This document shows positions 34,860 through 38,871 of a DNA stretch of 38,871 bases, one piece after another. Position numbers and translations under genes: made by a program. The stretch is from a virus (taxonomy: Duplodnaviria; Caudoviricetes): IMG/VR virus record IMGVR_UViG_3300020042_012380, positions 1 to 38,871 of that record; one strand, written 5' to 3'. Position 1 is the first letter of the stretch. Every line of letters starts with the position of its first letter. The notes beneath the pieces were generated by a model. It was not told the origin of the DNA and did no database searches. It saw only the letters and a program-made list of their open reading frames with translations.

Positions 34860-35719
34860 TAATTTCCCTGTCTGGAGGAATGGATTCCAGCACACTTTTG
34901 TTACGCTGTCTAAAAGAATATGACACAGTAACAGCAATTTCATTTGATTATGGACAAAAACATAGAATTGAGCTTGAACGTGCTCAATCATTAGTAGATT
35001 ATATTAATGGTCAAGTTGTTTTAGAGGAAAATCCTAAAACAGCAGAATATCCTTATAACATTAAATATCGAGTGGTTAAACTTGATGGATTAACAGATTT
35101 GCTTAACTCAGCACTTGTAACAGGTGGAGCTGATGTACCTGAAGGACACTATGCTGAAGAAAATATGAAAGCAACAGTTGTTCCTAACCGAAACAAAATA
35201 TTTGCTTCTATTGTACAAGCAGTTGCTCTTTCAATTGCTGATAAAACAGGTGAAAATTGTGACATCGCTTTAGGAATACACGCAGGTGACCATGCAATTT
35301 ACCCAGATTGCAGACAAGAATTTAGAGATGCAGACGACCATGCATTTAGAGTAGGTAACTGGGGTTCTGAAAAAGTAGGTTACTTTACACCATATCTTGA
35401 AGGTGATAAATTTACTATTTTACAAGATGGAGAAACATTATGTAATGAGTTAGATTTGAATTTCAACGAAGTATACTCACGTACAAATACTTCATATAAA
35501 CCACTTTACCATGAATTTGCTTACGAAGAGGAAGGTAACATTGTTGAAGTAAAAGAATGGTTTTCTGATTACAAATCAGCAAGTTCCGTGGAGCGAGTAG
35601 AAGCTTTTATTAAATTGGGAAGAAAAGATCCTGTAATGTATGCTGATGAAGAAGGACCAGTAACATGGGATCATGTAGTAACAGAAGTAAGTAAAGTACT
35701 TGAAACACATGCAGGATAG
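34844..35719 (+). CDS. queC: 7-cyano-7-deazaguanine (preQ0) synthase
   Basis: SLSGGMDS, FDYGQKH..E, TVVPNRN, HAGDHAIYPDCR motifs. Confidence 0.93.
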   Translation: MEKHVVISLSGGMDSSTLLLRCLKEYDTVTAISFDYGQKHRIELERAQSLVDYINGQVVLEENPKTAEYPYNIKYRVVKLDGLTDLLNSALVTGGADVPEGHYAEENMKATVVPNRNKIFASIVQAVALSIADKTGENCDIALGIHAGDHAIYPDCRQEFRDADDHAFRVGNWGSEKVGYFTPYLEGDKFTILQDGETLCNELDLNFNEVYSRTNTSYKPLYHEFAYEEEGNIVEVKEWFSDYKSASSVERVEAFIKLGRKDPVMYADEEGPVTWDHVVTEVSKVLETHAG

Positions 35720-35753
35720 TTGTATTATAGATTGGGAATTATACCAAAAAGTT

Positions 35754-35894
35754 ATGGCAAAGAAAAAAACAATTAAAGTTTGTACTGGAGTAGGATTAGA
35801 TCAAATTACCCCTGAGTACATTACAATCGAACTCTTTGATATCGATACAGAAATTAAAAAACCTAAAACAACAAAGAAAAATGGCAAAATTTAA
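35754..35894 (+). CDS. Small hypothetical protein
   Basis: Part of track ORF 35700-35894; the AAGTT-ATG context favours a start at 35754 (46 aa), with 35709 as alternative. Confidence 0.45.
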   Translation: MAKKKTIKVCTGVGLDQITPEYITIELFDIDTEIKKPKTTKKNGKI

Positions 35895-36345
35895 ATCAAC
35901 AAAAATATTTGATGGGTTTAGCACAGTATTCCGTCAATGGAAAGCAAATGAAACTCATTGTTCGTTTTTACATGGATATGGTGTTTCCTTTAAAATTATC
36001 TTTGAAGGTGAATTAGATGAAAAAAATTGGGTATGGGACTTTGGCGGTATGAAACGTGCCAAATGTACTATTGATGGGATGAATCCTAAAGCATGGATGG
36101 ATTATATGTTTGATCACACTACAATTATAGCTGAAGACGATCCTCATTTAACTTTATTTAAACAAATGCATGTAGAAGGCATTATCCAATTAAGAGTAAT
36201 ACCCGCTACAGGAGCAGAACAATTTGCAAAATACATCTACGACAAAGTAAATGCATTTGTATTAGAAGAAACAAATAATAGAGTATCTGTTGCCCAAGTA
36301 GAATTCAGCGAACACAATAAAAACTCAGCAATTTATGGACAATAG
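35881..36345 (+). CDS. queD: 6-carboxy-5,6,7,8-tetrahydropterin synthase (QueD/PTPS family)
   Basis: THCSFLHGY, WVWDFGGMK, FDHT, GAEQFA, EHNKNSAIY motifs; ATG 35881. Confidence 0.88.
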   Translation: MAKFKSTKIFDGFSTVFRQWKANETHCSFLHGYGVSFKIIFEGELDEKNWVWDFGGMKRAKCTIDGMNPKAWMDYMFDHTTIIAEDDPHLTLFKQMHVEGIIQLRVIPATGAEQFAKYIYDKVNAFVLEETNNRVSVAQVEFSEHNKNSAIYGQ

Positions 36346-36402
36346 TTATTATACGACAACCACCACTTTTGGTGATATTAAATTTACATATACATTAACA
36401 AA

Positions 36403-36651
36403 ATGAAAGAAATACTTTATTTCAGTGCAACATGGTGTGGACCATGTAAAAATTTTAAACCAATCATGGAACAAGTTAGCCGTGAACTACCTGTAAAATT
36501 CATTGATGTAGATGCAAATCCTAACATGACAGCAGCTTATGGCGTACGAAGCGTTCCTACTTTAATAGTAGTAAAAGATGGGCAAGTTGCTCAAAAACAA
36601 GCAGGAGTTTTATCTGAATCACAAGTAAAAGGTTTATGGAATCAAAATTAG
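36403..36651 (+). CDS. trxA: Thioredoxin
   Basis: FSATWCGPCK active site; VRSVPT cis-Pro loop. Confidence 0.93.
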   Translation: MKEILYFSATWCGPCKNFKPIMEQVSRELPVKFIDVDANPNMTAAYGVRSVPTLIVVKDGQVAQKQAGVLSESQVKGLWNQN

Positions 36652-37418
36652 GAAGAATAGAAGATTATAATAAAGTTTTACCAATCGTAGAACTATATCG
36701 TTGCGTTCAAAGCGAGGGATCACGCTTTGGACGTCCAACGATTGCAGTTAGAACAACAGGTTGCACTCACCGTTGCTACTTTGGTGAAGGTGGATGGTGT
36801 GATTCTTGGTACACAAGTATCCACCCAGAAAAAGGAACATTTACTTTTAATGACATTATCAAAATATATGACGAAAACCCTCATATTAAAGAAATGATGT
36901 TAACAGGTGGATCACCTACAATGCACCCTAAATTAGTTAATGAATTAACACATTTTGCACATGAAAGAGACATTCTTATTACTATTGAAACTGAAGGCTC
37001 GCATTATATTGAGACCGATTATCCTATTGGTCTTTTATCTATTAGCCCTAAGTTTACAAATTCTATTCCCGTTGTGGGAGTGGCCACACCGCAAGGTGAT
37101 ATTGTCGACGATAAAATGGTTCGACAACATAACAAGTTTAGAATGAACTTAATTGCAATAAGTGCAATGATCAATTTCCATACAGACTATCATTTTAAAC
37201 CAGTATGGGATGGCACAGAGGAAAATTTAAATGAAATTGAAGAGTTTAGAACATCGCTTAAAATCCCTAAAGATAAAACATACATCATGCCAGCAGGTGA
37301 TACTCGTGAGGAACTTATTAAAATGTATCCACTAGTATTTGATATGTGTGCTGAAAAAGGATACAATATGACAGGTAGAGATCACATTATTGCATTTGAT
37401 ACAAAGAGAGGTGTTTAA
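36636..37418 (+). CDS. queE: 7-carboxy-7-deazaguanine synthase (radical SAM)
   Basis: VQSEG...G.P...VRTTGC, CTHRCYFGEGGWCDS, LTGGSP, IETEGS, SISPK motifs. Confidence 0.9.
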   Translation: MESKLGRIEDYNKVLPIVELYRCVQSEGSRFGRPTIAVRTTGCTHRCYFGEGGWCDSWYTSIHPEKGTFTFNDIIKIYDENPHIKEMMLTGGSPTMHPKLVNELTHFAHERDILITIETEGSHYIETDYPIGLLSISPKFTNSIPVVGVATPQGDIVDDKMVRQHNKFRMNLIAISAMINFHTDYHFKPVWDGTEENLNEIEEFRTSLKIPKDKTYIMPAGDTREELIKMYPLVFDMCAEKGYNMTGRDHIIAFDTKRGV

Positions 37419-37423
37419 AAATA

Positions 37424-37455
37424 CTTGGATACCCCAAGAACCTTATTTATATTTA
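37424..37455 (+). promoter_or_regulatory. Bacteroidota-type -33/-7 promoter (CTTGG-N19-TATATTTA) upstream of folE
   Basis: TTG 37425-37427, 20-nt spacer, TATATTTA 37448-37455. Confidence 0.7.
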
Positions 37456-37472
37456 CAACAAATTAAAGTTAT

Positions 37473-38171
37473 ATGTCAGAAAACACACGTAGAAAAAAAC
37501 ACACAGAACTAGAATGTGTACAAGTAGGTTATGCAAACGGAGTTGCACCTGGATTTCCACTTACAGACGAGCAAAAATGGGATATGGTTGATAAAGCAGA
37601 AGCTGCTTATGGCCAATTCCTAGATGCTTTAGGATGTGATTGGCGAAACGACCCAAATTCATCAGAAACACCTCGTCGAGTAGCTAAAGCTTATGTATTT
37701 GATTTATGGGAAGGTAGATATACTGCAATGTCAGATATTACTTCATTCCCATCAGACGGATACGATGGTATTGTAATTGAAAGAAACATTCCAATTACTT
37801 CAATGTGTTCACACCACCACCAAACAATTGGAGGAGTAGTTCATATTGGTTATGTAGTTGGAGAAGGTGGTAGAGTAATTGGTTTATCTAAATTAAACCG
37901 TATTGCAGAACTATTCGCTCGTAGAGGAGCTATTCAAGAACAATTAACTTCAGCTATTCACAATGCAGTAAACAAAGTATGTGAAAAAAATAGAGGTATT
38001 ATCGTTACAGTAGTAGCAACTCACAATTGTGTATCTTGTAGAGGAATAAAACATCAAGGTGCTTCAATGGTTACAACAAAAGCATCAGGTGTGTTTATGG
38101 AAAACGATAACCAAGCACGTAAGGAATTTTTCGATAGTATTAAAATCAATAATGGCGGACACCAAATTTAA
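37473..38171 (+). CDS. folE: GTP cyclohydrolase I
   Basis: ETPRRVAK, SMCSHH, IGLSKLNR, IQEQLT, HNCVSCRG motifs. Confidence 0.94.
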   Translation: MSENTRRKKHTELECVQVGYANGVAPGFPLTDEQKWDMVDKAEAAYGQFLDALGCDWRNDPNSSETPRRVAKAYVFDLWEGRYTAMSDITSFPSDGYDGIVIERNIPITSMCSHHHQTIGGVVHIGYVVGEGGRVIGLSKLNRIAELFARRGAIQEQLTSAIHNAVNKVCEKNRGIIVTVVATHNCVSCRGIKHQGASMVTTKASGVFMENDNQARKEFFDSIKINNGGHQI

Positions 38172-38176
38172 AAATT

Positions 38177-38404
38177 ATGGACAGAACACAATTACTCTAT
38201 GAGGCTTTAGAGTCAAAATATCTAGCCCAAATTGCAGGAGCAAAAGCAACACTAGCAATTTATTTTACAAACCCAGTTGGTATTGGAGAACATCCACAAC
38301 ATCTTGAGGAAATGGACAATTTTATAGCTCAATTAGCTGAAGCTGAAGATAAACTTGGAACTTTAAGACATTTAAAATTAATTGACCCTACAACCCCATT
38401 TTAA
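38177..38404 (+). CDS. Hypothetical phage protein
   Basis: 75-aa helical hairpin with NPVGIGEHP motif. Confidence 0.7.
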   Translation: MDRTQLLYEALESKYLAQIAGAKATLAIYFTNPVGIGEHPQHLEEMDNFIAQLAEAEDKLGTLRHLKLIDPTTPF

Positions 38405-38405
38405 T

Positions 38406-38871
38406 ATGAGCCCACTAGAACAAAAACAAGACGAGTTAATTGAATTGCTTTATGGACAAGTTATGGACCTTACAATAATGTCTAAAATTGAACTTGGAGA
38501 TGATGTAATAGAAAAATTTCGTACATTAAGAAGTGAAATTACTCAAATGAAAGAAAGTTATGTACCTTTTGTGTCAGAAGTTGAAGAGTTTAATGCAGTA
38601 ATGGGAAAACCCAATAATTATACCCCGAACATCCCCGATAAAAATGAATGGATGTTTGTCTATAATTTCATTTTAGAAGAATTGGAGGAGTATAAACATG
38701 CATGCGAAACAGGAAACATCGTTGAAGTTCTTGATGCTTTATGTGACATTACCTACGTTTCATTGGGTAACGGTGCTATGTTACATGGTCTTAAGGATAA
38801 AGTATGGCCGGCATATCAAGAAGTACAAGCATCGAATCTTAGTAAAGCTTGCACAAGTAAAGAGGATGCAC
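38406..38871 (+). CDS. MazG-like / PRA-PH family nucleoside triphosphate pyrophosphohydrolase; 3'-truncated by the window edge (not in the ORF track)
   Basis: Open frame from ATG 38406 to the end: VEEFNAVMG...ILEELEEY...VEVLDALCDITYV...EVQASNLSK. Confidence 0.82.
   Translation, partial: MSPLEQKQDELIELLYGQVMDLTIMSKIELGDDVIEKFRTLRSEITQMKESYVPFVSEVEEFNAVMGKPNNYTPNIPDKNEWMFVYNFILEELEEYKHACETGNIVEVLDALCDITYVSLGNGAMLHGLKDKVWPAYQEVQASNLSKACTSKEDA

Noticed and set aside
13118-37146. Alternate-frame + strand ORFs 13118-13354, 15854-16078 and 36955-37146
   Set aside because: Fully nested in the polymerase, recombinase and queE genes, with no motif or start-context support; hydrophobicity is expected from AT-rich off-frames.
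33630-38171. Host-type queuosine tRNA-modification operon
   Set aside because: No queF, queA or queG/H and no canonical zinc-binding Tgt; phage context favours DNA modification, although a tRNA role cannot be fully excluded.
1-38871. Stop-codon reassignment (alternative genetic code)
   Set aside because: The standard code gives full-length conserved genes and very high coding density; TAA, TAG and TGA all occur at natural gene ends.
1-38871. tRNA or structured ncRNA genes
   Set aside because: Intergenic gaps are mostly under 100 nt and are explained by promoters, terminators or small ORFs; no cloverleaf or T-loop motif was recognised by eye.

Overview
AT-rich, densely coded segment of a large tailed (myovirus-like) phage genome, almost all genes on the + strand. 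The host is probably a Bacteroidota/Flavobacteriia species: there is a T9SS type B sorting-domain protein, Bacteroidota-type -33/-7 promoters and no Shine-Dalgarno sites. Gene order: 5'-truncated SprB-like protein; tail/baseplate module (chaperone pair with a candidate +1 frameshift, tape measure, hub with M15 peptidase); replication module (compact PolA, SSB, RecA-like, 5'-3' exonuclease, DnaB, nrdB, nrdA); lysis module; tail-fibre and delta-60 repeat proteins; metabolic genes (cytidylyltransferase, GH16, thyX, lytic transglycosylase); and a 7-deazaguanine DNA-modification cluster (divergent TGT/DpdA-like gene, queC, queD, thioredoxin, queE, folE, MazG-like gene). The most striking structure is a 1079-bp inverted nrdB-end/nrdA fragment, not identical to the resident copy, inserted into the endolysin-like gene between two exact 113-bp direct repeats; it is either a real template-switch event or an assembly chimera. 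Two promoter motif classes separate replication/metabolism genes from virion/lysis genes. No CRISPR array, tRNA or transposase was recognised. All calls rest on motif recognition by eye; no searches were run.
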